From NCBI GenBank assembly GCA_963834385.1, contig CAWIBO010000005.1, positions 736,001-800,000 on the forward strand: a stretch of 64,000 nt of DNA, given 5' to 3'. A model generated the notes under the pieces. That model saw only the letters and a list, made by a program, of their open reading frames with translations, was not told where the DNA came from and did not search any database. This document shows, piece after piece, positions 35,932-48,419 of this stretch. The position numbers were made by a program, and so were the translations under genes. Positions within the stretch are counted from its first letter, which is position 1. The number at the start of each line of letters is the position of its first letter. Source of the stretch: an uncultured Verrucomicrobiae bacterium (GTDB taxonomy: Bacteria > Verrucomicrobiota > Verrucomicrobiia > Chthoniobacterales > UBA10450).

Positions 35932-37115
35932 CTACGCCCTAGGAATTGATGGACGGCTAGACGCAAGCTTTTCATCGACAGCCATACTAAATAAATGCTC
36001 ATACGCTGCCGCCATTCGTTCCTGCGTGAATTCACGAAAAACTCGGCTTTGGCCGTTCCGTCCCATCGCCGCAGCCCGTTCCGGTTCCTCAATTAGGTAC
36101 CCAATTTTTGCCGCGATGTCTAGAGGTTCCCCAGGATCGAACAGCAAACCGGTCTCCCCATCAATCACCACTTCCGGCAACCCACCGCGCGCGCTGGCGA
36201 CAACTGGCAAGGCAAAGGCAGCCGCCTCCGCTGCGACCATTCCAAATGGCTCTTCAACAAGCTGGGCACGACGGCAATATCGAAATTCGGATAGATTTCC
36301 GATAATTCTGCTTTGTAACCCGGCCACGCACAGAGTTCAGCAATGTGAAGCTTCGGCACGACGCTTTAGTGATTCAATAAACTGCGGATGCCCATCCCCA
36401 AAGATTTGCAGCGTCACTCGCGCTTTCCGAGCGAGCAGAAGAGCAACCGCTTCCAAGAGCTGAGAGTGACCTTTATGCGGCGCGATCTGACCAACAATTC
36501 CTAGCCGAACAGACTGTTTTTCAGTCTGCGGTTTTGCATCTCTACTCGCGGAGATAAGTGCAGCGCTTTCTTCACTTACCACGCCATTCCAAACAACATG
36601 CAACTGCTTTTTTGGAATCCCCAGTCGCAAGAGGTGCGTCCTCATGAAGTGCGATACCGTTACGAACCCAGTCAGCTTGGCTGAAAACAATCGATACAAC
36701 ACTCGTCGAGTATTGGTCGTCCCAGGGGATGAGTGTTCGATAAGAAACATGCATTCCTGTCGGATGACGGGGAAAAAGCGCCAAAACATGTCGCCACGTT
36801 GTAAAAATCACCACCTCGGGTTTGAAGGCTCTGACCAGTTTGATCCATCGCCACCAAAGATAGGGTACTGCGCACGACCACCTGAAAGGTCCACCACAAT
36901 GGCTGGAGGGCTAAACGCTTTCCTAGAAAGCCGAGAGGCAACCTGGAACTCCGGTAATCCCAATCTTTGATAATCGGCGATTGAATTCACCATCCGTCCA
37001 AATACTGGTGACCGCGATTTGTTCGTGGCCGCTGCTTGAGCCCCTCAAGCATTTTCAACGTCACGGTTTCGGCGCCGAAGACGTTGCTCGAGACACAAAC
37101 GGTCAAAATTCGCAC
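35932..37115 (-). CDS. Glycosyltransferase family 4; several frameshifts
   Basis: MRILTVC..FGAE, GQIAPHKG and EPFGMVAAEA..PVV motifs. Confidence 0.8.
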
Positions 37116-37125
37116 TGGGTTAATC

Positions 37126-38302
37126 TTAACTTAACACTTTCGAGACCGCTTGGCAGAGTGTTTCCTCCGTCATAGCAATATCAAAGCGCTGCGCCTCTTT
37201 AAATAGCACATTGCGATCCCCAGCTTCGTCAAGCAGTGCGCGAAGCTTCGCCCCGAAGTCACTGCCGTTCAGCTCCGTAAAAACGTCCCCGATCTGCCTG
37301 TTCCTTACTACATCAGGAGCGCATCCGACCCTATCGCTAATCAAGACCCGTCGGCCGCATGCGATCGCCTCGTTGACGGCAAGTCCCCATGTTTCATTGC
37401 GGGCCGAAGGGAGAACGAGAACATCACCGACCCGATAAACAATCGGCATCTTCGTCTGATTCTGGAAGGGAAGAATGCGAAACATATTGGGCGACGTGGC
37501 AGCAATCTTGGTGATTTCGCCTCCCAAAGCGCCGTCCCCAACAAGCACCAACGTGAAATTGGGGATTTCGAGACGACGTATTGCCTCCATGAGCTCTATC
37601 GGTCGCTCAGGCTCAAATTTGCCTGCAAAACAGCAGCACTCGGGTGGTTGCTGCAATGCCGTGCCCCTTACGCCAGACACCCGCTTCACGCTCAAGTTCG
37701 TTGTTGGCTCGGCGAACCGATTCACTTCTATCGAATGAGGACAATAGAACAGTTTCGATTCAGGCACGCCGAGAGCACGATAATAGTCGTAATTGTGTCT
37801 TCCCACATAAAGGCAGCCAGCCATCCATGAGAAAGATCCTAGACAGCCCATACCGTTTCAAATTCCAGCGCCAGCCCGGGCTACGATCGAGTAAATGCGA
37901 ATCACCCCGGAATAAGACCGGGATTTTTCTTTTGTAAAAGTAACGTGCCGCCTTCAAGTGCGAACAGAACGGATACCCGGTTAGGTGCACAGCATCCGGC
38001 GCCCAATGGTCTATTCCGTGGACCAAACTCGGATTGCGCAGCCCCCAGAAATGATGAGTTCCAGGCCGGCGCGCCCTGTTAGCGACAAGCTCGAAGTCGT
38101 ATGCTTCAGTTAATGGAATATCCCACTTAATTTCACATCCAAATCCATGATCAAGACTCGCTTGGTTAGCGGCGTGCCATGTAAAAAAGACCTTTATCTC
38201 AATATCTGATCGCGCAGCTAAGCGTTGATAAAGAGGCACATAGTATTGAATGGGATGTGAGACAATGATCGCTAGTCGAGGCGTCTTTTGTCGATTCGCC
38301 AT
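37126..38302 (-). CDS. Glycosyltransferase family 4; frameshifted
   Basis: SHPIQYYVPL and ETWGLAVNEAIACG motifs. Confidence 0.85.
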
Positions 38303-38305
38303 TGC

Positions 38306-39514
38306 TTAAATGTAAGGTGCCACCGCGGCGGAGACCGCCTTTCGGTATTTCTCCCAGCGGCAGCTTTCCGCGATTTTGCGAGCAGCTGTTTTCATCTTTC
38401 CCAGCCGATCTCGCTCGTCGGAGATCGTGCGAAACGCATGAACTAAGGCGTCGATATCCCCTGTGGGAAGGATTTGACCTGCTCCGTCCTTCGTCAACTC
38501 GGGACCGGCACCACTGGATTCGGAGGCGATGAACGGCAAACCACATGCCATCGCTTCGAGCAACACTAAGCCAAGACCTTCGAAGAAGGACGGAAATACA
38601 AATACATCAGCGCGGCGATAGAGTTCGCGCAATTCCAACTGCGAGCAGGGCCCAACGTAATGTATATTTCCGGAGATCATTCTCACATGATCTGCCAGAT
38701 TCCACCGTCCTACGATAGTTAGTTCAGCTTCCGCCAAATTCGCTTTGCGCCAAGCCTCGAGCAAAACATGCGCTCCCTTGCGCAACGAGACCTGCCCAAC
38801 AAAGATGAATTCTAATGGCGCTTGCCCCTGGGTGCCGTGCCCAGGCCTCCAAAATTCTGCGTCTACCCCATAAGGGGCGAGGGCACACTTTTTGTCGATA
38901 TATTGGCGGATTGTTTTCTCGACGAAATAGCTCGGCGCCAAAACAAGGTCCGCCAGCTCCATCTCCGCGCTTTTTTGCTCCGGCCTGACAAACCGGCGTG
39001 ACGACAAACCCCCGGTAGGAAGCCAATCACCGTTGGTACGCACAAGATACTTCTCCACTTCTTGCCAGGCCCGGTGATATCCAATCGGCATATCATAGAT
39101 GCAGGCCTTATTCATTCTTTTGGCCGCTTGAAACGCCCACAGTGATGCATCCTCATAAGAGTGAACCGCCGTCACGGAGCGGCGACGCGCGCCTCTTGCC
39201 ATCGTGCGCATGAGCCAGTCGTTTACTTGATAAGAGAGCGCTTCACTGTCTCGACCTAATGCCCGTTGCGCCAAGCGCACAATTTCCCCGGGGCGTCCCT
39301 GAATCTTCGGGACCGACGCCAATAATTCAAACCGCCGTCGCTCCAGCCGTCCGACCAGCGCCTGAAGCGGAAACGTGGCCTGAAGAATCCGCAGACTCAG
39401 CCGACTAGGAAACCAAGGAACCACAAACGCATCGAGCCGGCCCGCTTCTTCATGAGCAAGCGCGGCATGATGAGCATTTGGATTTCCCGTCTGATGGCCA
39501 AATAAGATAGCCAT
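38306..39514 (-). CDS. Glycosyltransferase family 4
   Basis: FVGQVSLRKG and EGLGLVLLEAMACG motifs. Confidence 0.9.
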   Translation of the reverse strand: MAILFGHQTGNPNAHHAALAHEEAGRLDAFVVPWFPSRLSLRILQATFPLQALVGRLERRRFELLASVPKIQGRPGEIVRLAQRALGRDSEALSYQVNDWLMRTMARGARRRSVTAVHSYEDASLWAFQAAKRMNKACIYDMPIGYHRAWQEVEKYLVRTNGDWLPTGGLSSRRFVRPEQKSAEMELADLVLAPSYFVEKTIRQYIDKKCALAPYGVDAEFWRPGHGTQGQAPLEFIFVGQVSLRKGAHVLLEAWRKANLAEAELTIVGRWNLADHVRMISGNIHYVGPCSQLELRELYRRADVFVFPSFFEGLGLVLLEAMACGLPFIASESSGAGPELTKDGAGQILPTGDIDALVHAFRTISDERDRLGKMKTAARKIAESCRWEKYRKAVSAAVAPYI

Positions 39515-39517
39515 GAT

Positions 39518-40429
39518 TCACTTTTGGAAAACAATCAGCAATTCGTCGCCGGTTAAGGATAATTGGATTGAGTTCGCCCGATCCCACGCGGCAATCTCCG
39601 TGAGGTTGTAGGGATGCGAAGCAACCAGATAAGGAACATCCCCGAGATTACGCTGACAAAACCGCTCCATCCAACAACTGTGGATGTACGAACCCCCATC
39701 GGCTATGCCAATCCTCCGGTCCGACCCTGCGATTAATCTCACTGCCGTTCGGAGTAAACGCCACAAAGAGTCCGCCCGGGCCGCAAGAGCTTCTGGCCTG
39801 CTCGAAAACGTCCAGCACATTCGGAACACTGCTCAAGAACGTGCGCGGAGAAGAAACAATCAAAGGACGACATGATCTCTTCCGGGCAGTCAACTGCGTC
39901 CAGGCCGAGCCGCGCTTTCGCAAAGGCGCAACGCGGCTTCGAAATTTCGAATCCCTGCACCACAAATCCCGCTTCCTGGATTTGCCATGTGCCATACCCC
40001 CACGAACATCCGAAATCAAGAATGTGCGCACCGGGCGGGAGCCCGAGCGCCCGCAGAATCTCCAGGTATCCTGAATAGTCTTTCGTGCTGCCCTTGAAAT
40101 GGGTCGCAAGCAAATCGTCGAGTACCTGAGATGAGGGAAGTTCCGTTGTGAATCCTTGAGAATATTCCATCTGATAGAAATCACGGCTTTCGACTTCGGA
40201 CAGGGTTGGTGTACGAAAAAGCAATTCGCACTGGGGACATCGTCTCAGAAAGGTCACGAGCTTCTTGCGGTCCACCGCTATCGACTGACGCCCTCCGCAG
40301 CTTGGGCATGCCGTTCGGCTGCGCGTGAGAAGACCCTGCAATCCGTGCGCGAAAGGACTGCGCTCGTCCTAGGAGATTCTGCGTCACTTTAAGACCGCTC
40401 ATGCGTGGACGAATCATTCGGATCATCAT
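39518..40429 (-). CDS. Class I SAM methyltransferase with N-terminal CxxC Zn motif; frameshifted
   Basis: CPSCG..CPQC, ILDFGCSWG and HVLE motifs. Confidence 0.8.
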
Positions 40430-40434
40430 TTAAT

Positions 40435-42021
40435 TTATCCGGTTTTGCGCAACTTCATTGAGAGAAGGTCTGCGATTCGAATCGATAAGGCTATGGCCGT
40501 GAGCGTTGGACTCGAGCAACCACCAGTTGGGAAAACCGCGCTGCTTCCGACATACAGGTTCTCCAACCCATGTACTCGGCAGGTTCGATCCACTACACCT
40601 TGACGCGGGTCTTCGCTCATCCGCGTTGTGCCCATATGGTGAAACATGTCCGAAACCACACCGTTCCACGCTTCGCTATCCGTTTGATCAGGCAACGTTA
40701 GTTCGATTCTCCCTATCCCCAAACGCGCGAGCTCTTTCGCCGCGGCCTCCGCAAACGTGGTGATTGATCTCCATGTCATTTCCGATGGCTGCCAATGAAT
40801 GTTCGTCCGCGGCATCCCGAGAGCATCCTTCTCTTCTGAGAGAGTGACCCGGCATTCCGCATCCGGTTCCTGTTCGCAGTGTGCTTCGAGATAAATCCGC
40901 CCCGACGCAGGTGTGTAGGATCGTCGCCTGACGAACCGCCGCCATGCGATCGGACCGAGATGGATCAATCCACCGATGGCTTGAAGAGCCGATGTGCCAA
41001 AGTTGGCGGAGCGTTGACCCCGCAGGAGCGCACCGGCCACGCGCTTGGCCTCCGCTACCTTTGATTCCGAGGGCCATGCAAAACAGATGTTCCCGATGAC
41101 ATTCAGAATTTTGCGTTCCTTTTGCAGTTCGTCTGTCGCCCGAAGCTTGGGGAGAAACTTCACCCCACCCCGGTAATACTGTTCAAATAAGTCCTGCAAT
41201 CGCTCGCGCGAGTTGGCGTGGATTGGACCGCACGTTATCGCCACATGATCCTGGAAGGACCTTCCGACCAGATCGTGCCGGTTGCCCAGACCATTGGATT
41301 CCGCACTCCGCGCACTGAGGAGTAGGCGGGCCGTTTCAATTCCGCCGGCACACAAAACGAAGTAGCGGGCCCTAACGGACGAAGATCGCCCGGACAGCGA
41401 CTTGATTTTTATTTCCGCTACTGCGTTAACGCCGCTATTCGCGAGAATATCGACAACGTTCGCCCGTAAGAGCACGTCCACATTCGTTGAACGGGAGAAT
41501 TTTGAACGGTAGGCCTCCGCGAAATTGGGCTGTGGACTCCACTGCGAATACACGCGTTCGATCGTATCGTCGGAAAAGTCCAGGGGCGGCGCTCGCAAGA
41601 TTGCCGAGCGACTTTCATCATAGGGGGCCCCGTCCACCCGCAGGACAGCAGCCGCACGTCGGTAATAGTTTTGGAGCTCGCTCGACGACAACGGCCAGCC
41701 ACTTTGCGCAACCCATGAGCGCTTCTCGAAATCGATTGGAAACAGCTCAAGGGCCTGCCCTCCCCAAAGGGTGGTAGTTCCACCATGCACACGAGCGCGC
41801 CCTTTATGTGCTCCCGGCAGCGGAAGTCCGCTCCAGAAACTGCGGTGAAGGTCGGCTGTCGAGGAATCCTCCTTCACGCCTCCGCTCTCCAAGATGATGA
41901 CCTTGTGAGGGCTCTGCAGAAACTCCAACCCGATCGAAGTCCCGCATGCGCCGCTGCCCACAATGCATATGTCACATTCAAAGGGCCTGTTGGGTTCAAG
42001 GCTATCGAAATCAACAATCAT
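40435..42021 (-). CDS. GMC-family FAD oxidoreductase
   Basis: IVGSGACG, GGTTTLWGG, HHMGTTRM and GSSAVFPT motifs. Confidence 0.9.
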   Translation of the reverse strand: MIVDFDSLEPNRPFECDICIVGSGACGTSIGLEFLQSPHKVIILESGGVKEDSSTADLHRSFWSGLPLPGAHKGRARVHGGTTTLWGGQALELFPIDFEKRSWVAQSGWPLSSSELQNYYRRAAAVLRVDGAPYDESRSAILRAPPLDFSDDTIERVYSQWSPQPNFAEAYRSKFSRSTNVDVLLRANVVDILANSGVNAVAEIKIKSLSGRSSSVRARYFVLCAGGIETARLLLSARSAESNGLGNRHDLVGRSFQDHVAITCGPIHANSRERLQDLFEQYYRGGVKFLPKLRATDELQKERKILNVIGNICFAWPSESKVAEAKRVAGALLRGQRSANFGTSALQAIGGLIHLGPIAWRRFVRRRSYTPASGRIYLEAHCEQEPDAECRVTLSEEKDALGMPRTNIHWQPSEMTWRSITTFAEAAAKELARLGIGRIELTLPDQTDSEAWNGVVSDMFHHMGTTRMSEDPRQGVVDRTCRVHGLENLYVGSSAVFPTGGCSSPTLTAIALSIRIADLLSMKLRKTG

Positions 42022-43000
42022 TTCGGAATCTGATACTTCGCTGAATCCGCCTGCACCAATGCAGCAAACATTGCCAACTGCTCTTCGGCAAACTGCGCGC
42101 TCGCAACTGCATCAACATTCCGTTCCAAGTGCTCCTCCAAATGGGTTGAGAAAAGCACCACACCTTTCGGGTTGGTACTCGTAGCATGACAAAGCATTAA
42201 TTGGGCGATTACGTCGCTAGCCGAGCAATCCACCTGCAACGTGTCGGACCAACGGCGGGTCATTGCCGGATCGGTCTGCAGACAGGCGCGCAATTGCGTG
42301 AAGACGACCCGAATGGACGGTGAGAAATAATTCCCCACTCCGCGCCACTCGGCATGCGCTCCACCTTGGGCTCCAGCACATCACTCTCGAATTGGAGGAT
42401 CTGGGCCACCTTCGGATTGTGCGAAACAATCTTGCGGACCCGCTCGAATTCAGCGCCGATCCCAAAGCAACGGATGTTCCCTTTGTCGACCTGACCGTGG
42501 AGAAATTCGACCAGTTCATCCGACACGGCTTCAGGCGTGTCGGGTTCGTGGATCAGATAAATGTCGATGTATCCGGTGTGCAGAGAGCGCAGGCTCGCCT
42601 CGAGACTTTTGGCCGCATCTGCCACCGTGAACGCGTCCCGCCGGACGAGTTTGGCAGTTTGCCGCGCCAGGACCTTTCGGACAGGTGCGATTTGGCGAAC
42701 AACTTTCCTGGCCAACCCAACGAGACCCGTGAACCCGGCGACCCGTGGCGGCTGGATCCCGAATTTGGTGGTCACCGTCACCTGGTCGCGCTTTGGGGCT
42801 ACGAATTCAGCCAAGATTTGCTCCGCTTCGCCATAGCCGTAGGAAGGCGCGGTGTCGTAATGCCGAATCCCCAGATCAAGCGCGCTCCAATAACGCAACA
42901 GGCGCTCCCTTTCGTCGAAAGCCGGAGCAGACTTGTCGTGCCGAAACCCAAACAAGTCGTTGGAGGCAAGTTTGGGGCGAGTTGAGAAAACGGAAGTGTC
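42018..43000 (-). CDS. Aldo/keto reductase; frameshifted
   Basis: LGFG, YDTAPSYGYGEAE, TTKFG and SLRSL..YID.Y.IH motifs. Confidence 0.85.
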
Positions 43001-43009
43001 ATTAGCTCA

Positions 43010-44303
43010 CTATCCTTGTGACCGCATCGATAAGACTTGCTCGAATAATTCCGCATGACGTTGCGCCATGGCGGGCGCGAGGTGTTCCTCAATGAATTCG
43101 CGGCGAGCGTATTTCCGGTGATCCTTGACCGCGCAGAGGAAATCACGGACGTCGTTCAATCCTGCCTTATCGGCACCGCCGTCGCTGAAGTGAATCAGGT
43201 TGCCCAACGGTGAGACGGCATTGAAATATCGATTCGCGTGTGACTCTTTGTGTAGACAGACCAGGAGCGGTTTCCCGGTCAGCGCATAGGTAAAAAGCTT
43301 CGACGGCATATACGCAGGATCGTCCACCCCCAAGATTATCAAACCATCGGCCGCGGCTATGGATTTCATGGCCGCCGGATATGTAATCCTGGCTGGCTCT
43401 TCAAAAATCACGTCTTGCAAGCCGTAGCTTGACGCCAACTCACCAAGAAATCTGGGCTGATTGGGCTGCCATTCACTGTCTGTCCCCAAAAATTCAATTC
43501 GAATATCAGTGATCAACTCCGGTTCCTTCACACGAATCTTCCGGAAAGTTTCGGCAATTTTATGAAACGATTTCGCCATGATTGCGCCGCCGGCGCCGAC
43601 ATACACAACTTTCAGGGGTTTTCGTCCAGTGCCGGGCCCGGTGAGCGCCAGATCTCGCTCAAAAGCCGCGAAGGGCAGAACTCGGCAGCGTTTTTCCTGC
43701 AGGGCGGTGGCCTTTGGATAGCGCCGGCGCAACTGCTTCACATATTCTGGCGAAACCGCCACCAGTCCGGAAGCGCGCTGCACAGCATATCGCTCGAGGA
43801 TTTCGCCAGAAACATGGTGACTCGGAACTTCACTTTGTGCTCCGTCGTTACGTAACGGACGGCGTCCCGGGCCCATGGATCTTGAAAATCCAGAATGTAA
43901 GGAACACCGGTTTTCCTGCGCCATAGGCCTCCCAGACAAAAAAAATTGAATTGCGCCGTGGAGAAATAGACCAAATCGAATTGCCTCTCACGCAAAAAAA
44001 GAAGAGCGAGTCCTGTTTTTCTGATATAATGGCCAAAAAGGCGCGCCAGCCGATTCCGCGAATGTTGAAGGCTTTGAAGATCAACGCCTTTCCGGGATCC
44101 ACCACATGGACAGGAGTGGCTGGATTGAACAACCCTGCGGCCTGATCATCAATCGCGTCTGGCCGATGAAATCGGCTACTGGGCGCGAGTATCTCGACAT
44201 CCCATCCAAGACGGGGCAGTTCCCACGCCAGCATCCTGGCCCGATGCGCATCGGCTGTCATAGCCGGGAAGGAAGAGCTCGTGACAATCAGAACGCGTTT
44301 CAT
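43010..44303 (-). CDS. GT-B fold glycosyltransferase; frameshifted
   Basis: MKRVLIV..FP..HRAR, DFQDPW and YMPSKLFTY motifs. Confidence 0.75.
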
Positions 44304-45346
44304 GAAAGACGGCCCATCTCACTATTGCTACCTTGGGCCCAAAAACGGGGCAGCGCGCTCCAGGAAAAGATTGAAACTCCGCGCGCCCACCCAAGCCGCA
44401 GCGGAATCAGATCACGCCGGCGAAACCGTTTCCCTTCGACGGAATTGCCCAACATCAGCGTTTCTTCAAACGCCGCTGTGCTGGCTCGCAGCCAAAGGCT
44501 TTGCGCATTCCCATCGCTTCTGTTTGGAAAGTAAGAATCAAAGTCAGGCAGTGTCCGTTGCAGGTAATGGCCCGGCCACAACACTTCCCACCGACTGCTC
44601 TCCATCAGCATTGCTTGCACAATGTATTGCTCACCCCAATTTAGCCCGTCGTCCTTGACCCATGATAGCGGGTATTCAAAGGGTAAAAAGATATCGTGAA
44701 TGTGCACGATAACACCGCCCGGCACTTCGGGAAGCACGCGCCCATAGATGTAGGCTACGTCGTTAGCCGGAGTTACTTCATGTGTTGTATCAATAAACAG
44801 TATATCCCCTGCCGAGAGATTTTGCGTAATTTCTTTGTGATCGAGCGTTTCGACGGCCTTTCGCACAACGAAATTGGCCATGTTGGATATCTCCACGCGC
44901 GGCTCAGGATCGATACATTGATGATGACAAGACAAAGTCTCGTCGAGAATAGCCTGTCTAATGACTCGCGTGCTGTTACCACAGCCTATTTCGATTATTT
45001 GTCTGGGGCGGGCCTGTCGAACGAGCGTATAAAGGACTTCCGCATCAGGTGACTTAAAGAAACCGTTACTGAATTGATAGCCGAAATCGTTTCTCGTGCT
45101 GTCGCGAAAGCTTTCAAACCGTTTTGCGTGCATCGGCAATAACGCGAGGATGTCCCGAAATTTTTGTGATTGGAACACAGGCGGAATCGGGTAGACCGTC
45201 CCTTCAAAATCACCTCGCATAGCCGCCGCCTCCAGTCGGCTTTGGCGAGTTTCCGCACGCATCGCTGTTCGAGTGTGTATAGTGAGATTCAAGGGCGTCA
45301 GCATCCTATCCAGGCAGTTAAGGCCGCTGCGCAACATTGCTTTCAT
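44300..45346 (-). CDS. Class I SAM methyltransferase
   Basis: IEIGCGNST, LFIDTTH and HIHDIFLPFEYP motifs. Confidence 0.85.
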   Translation of the reverse strand: MKAMLRSGLNCLDRMLTPLNLTIHTRTAMRAETRQSRLEAAAMRGDFEGTVYPIPPVFQSQKFRDILALLPMHAKRFESFRDSTRNDFGYQFSNGFFKSPDAEVLYTLVRQARPRQIIEIGCGNSTRVIRQAILDETLSCHHQCIDPEPRVEISNMANFVVRKAVETLDHKEITQNLSAGDILFIDTTHEVTPANDVAYIYGRVLPEVPGGVIVHIHDIFLPFEYPLSWVKDDGLNWGEQYIVQAMLMESSRWEVLWPGHYLQRTLPDFDSYFPNRSDGNAQSLWLRASTAAFEETLMLGNSVEGKRFRRRDLIPLRLGWARGVSIFSWSALPRFWAQGSNSEMGRLS

Positions 45347-45349
45347 GCT

Positions 45350-46172
45350 TGCTTAAAGTTTTTGGCGCGTCGCCCAAAGATTCGATTCCATTACAGGTGC
45401 TCCCGACTCATAAGGGAATCCGTTGATGTCATAAAGATTGAAACCACAGTTGCGCAGGATGGCAATTGCCCTCTGACTTTTCCCGTTCGGCGACGTCCCC
45501 CATTAGAACCTCCAGGATAATGTTATCAACCCTTTCCAACGCTGATCCCAAGCCTGTTAACACTTCCGCCTCGTACCCTTCAGCATCAATCTTTAATAGT
45601 TTGATAGAAATCACTTCGCTTGGCGGGGGAATGATTTTCATCCAACCTCACCATCGGCACACAAAATATTTGACGCAGATCGTTGGGCTCGGCAATGCTA
45701 CCGACAATCGCGCTTTGTCACTAGCGGACTGGTTGTGTAAGCGAACGTGGGCAACAGATTTAGCGCCAGCCAACGCTACGTGAAGCACAAGATTCTCAAA
45801 GCTGTTAGCCTGCCAGTTAGTCAAGATTTTTTCACAATTGTAAGGCTGAGGTTCAACCGCGATGACTTGCCCTTCAGCGCCTATACATTTCCTCGCTACT
45901 AGCGTAAGGAAGCCAACATGCGCCCCGATATCCACGTATACATCTCCCGGGTGCAGCAGGCGTTCAAATAATTGGGCGGTTTTCGGCTCCGTGGCTTGGC
46001 CCGATAAAAGCGTGATTTGCGTCCATTCCAAAGGATCCAGAAACATCTTGAAGTCGATTGGCACGCGGCTCGGTCGGGGGCGCAGGTGCTCTCGCAAATA
46101 TTTCTCTAGCCGTGACTTCCCTCTGAACTTAGGTAGTCGCAAAACGAAGCAGTAAACTTTGTAGATCATCAT
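45350..46172 (-). CDS. FkbM-family methyltransferase; frameshifted
   Basis: VDIGAHVG, AVEP and LLKIDAEGYE motifs. Confidence 0.85.
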
Positions 46173-46381
46173 CAGTAGTTTTTTGCCAACGCGCGCCGCT
46201 CTTCTTTGTAACACCGGAACTTTAGAGCGTCGAACGTGCGAGCACGAACCAATTAAGGTAATTTACTTTGCCACCGAAGCGACAGTCAGCTGGCGACAGC
46301 TTCTTCGCATGGGCACGTCGCTGAAATCTGCAGCGACGATGACGCGCCTAAGCTCGCGCAATAAGATGGCACAGCTCGGGC

Positions 46382-47177
46382 TCAGAGACGTAATTTGGCG
46401 GTTTCCTCCTGTTCCAGTACCCAAGTGGTGTAGCCCAGCTTGACGATCCGCTCATTACATTCCCGCGCGAGTGCGCGAGTATGAATCTCTATAAACAGAG
46501 CAGGCTTTTGCTTCTCCAGCAGGTCCTCCCTGGAGGACAAGTGCCTCTGCACCTTCGACATCAATTTTCACAACCGTCACGCGACCAAGAGCGCGAGTTT
46601 CTGCGAAGTGGTCAATCGTTTCTAACCCAACTTCAATGGCTTCGCCGGCGGACTGGTCCGGCTGAAAACTACTGGCCGATAATTTTGCCATACTCGTTTC
46701 GGGCATGATGCGGAGGGTAGTCCGACCCACCACATCCCCCACGGCGGTTTCAACCAGTTCGATCGGGAGATTGGGGTTTAGTTCAATCATTCTTTTAATC
46801 CGCTCCGCATTCGCGGGCAGTGGTTCGAGTATAAACACCTTCGCCGCCCCTGCCTGAGCCATGACACCGCTCAAAAATCCGTGCCAACCACCAACGTCCA
46901 AGCAAATGTCGCCGGGCTTGACCGCTTCTGCGATGCCGGTCGCCAACTCTACCTCGTAAGTTCCGGTCCAAATCCCTTTGTCGTGAGGCAATTTGATTGG
47001 ATAATTAAGACCGCGCGCCGGTCCGGCATCGACAGTGTGAGTAAACTCCTGGCCCTCTACGAATCTCTTAAGCAGATTCCTCTGCAGAAGCGCGACTAAA
47101 GGGAGTCTTTTAATTGTGCTAAGCTTCCAGGGAATGAGCCGAATACTTTTACGCAAGAAAGTTCTCATTTCCTTCAT
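46382..47177 (-). CDS. FkbM-family methyltransferase; frameshift near C-terminus
   Basis: LDVGGWHG, LEP.P.N, KIDVEGAE and FIEIH motifs. Confidence 0.85.
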
Positions 47178-47330
47178 TCGCTAAAGCGTGGCCTGCCGTA
47201 CAGATCTTCCATACAGTTTTCCGGCACTCCAATGTGAATGAGACCCCTTCCAAAGGAAAAACGTCATTTCCACTCACGCAGATAAAAAGTGAAAGTTGCC
47301 AAACGAGGCAATTAGGTTTTGCATCCGAAA

Positions 47331-48390
47331 TCAAAGTGAGGAAATAAAGGCAATCGCCTTTCGCGAGGCGTCCGTCGGCGATCCTTGTAGTTGCGCTATT
47401 CTGATCATCGCGGAAACGTTATTCTCAACTCGATTTGCTTTCGCATTTTCAATAATCATATCCGCAAGCGATCTTACAGTGAGCGCCAGCGGTTGCAGGG
47501 TCTCATCCCAGACATATCCTCTAGCGCCGTCGCACGTCGTCACAATCGGAAGGCCCCAGCCAAGAGCGGTGGCAATCTTAGTGCTACAACCCCGAGCATA
47601 GGCGAAAATCGGATTAACAAAACAGCACCAAGTCGCCGCCTCCGCCCTCGGCCTCCATCTGACAAACCGCCAGGTATTCATAAATGGAAACGCCCAGCAG
47701 ACTCACCGACCGAAGACGGTTTACCGACAATTCTAAACTGCAGATGAGAATCTACGCGAAGCCGGAGGGCTTTTAAAAGTCTCTGAGAGACCGTGAAAAT
47801 TGGGGGATGGTCAAGCGTCGTGACACATCCCACCCGCCCGTCTGTTGGATTCAAACTCAACCTAGCTTCACGAATCAACTTAGGGGCAATAAAAGTGCGG
47901 CGAGACCCCAGCCACCGCTCAACTTCGGCATCAAGAGGGCTCAGGCAAATAGATGCGTCCAAATTCCGTCGATAATCTGCTTCATATCGAATTTTAGAAC
48001 CTAGTACGCGCGCACCTTGCTCATTCATCGCTAGTTCCAGTGCCGCTCGGCGCGATTGTTGGTCGATCAGAATATCGGTGCTATCCAAACGATGTGATAG
48101 ATGAATGAGCCGACATCTGCACCGTAAACGGCACCGAAGGTAAGCCGCCTCTCGGGGGAAGTTACCGAAATATCGAAGAAGACGATTCTCGCGTGGGTCT
48201 TTTCAATTGCTGAAATGATTCGTTTGGACAGGTCGACTGGCGTGTGGCGCCGAAACGTATCCCCGGAACTCGGTCGATTATTCTGCGAACTTAACGGTGG
48301 TCAGATCGAAAAAGAAAGACGTGTCAATTCAAAGCGTGCCTCAAGCAATTGAATATAGCTCAGGTACAATATTGCTGCACTCCACCCCCA
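47331..48390 (-). CDS. Hypothetical/GT-like protein; fragmented
   Basis: Consecutive fragments with GCSTKIATALGWGLPIVTT, resembling a GT-B C-terminal motif. Confidence 0.45.
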
Positions 48391-48419
48391 GAGCCTGCCA
48401 AAAAATTTCGGTCGCAACT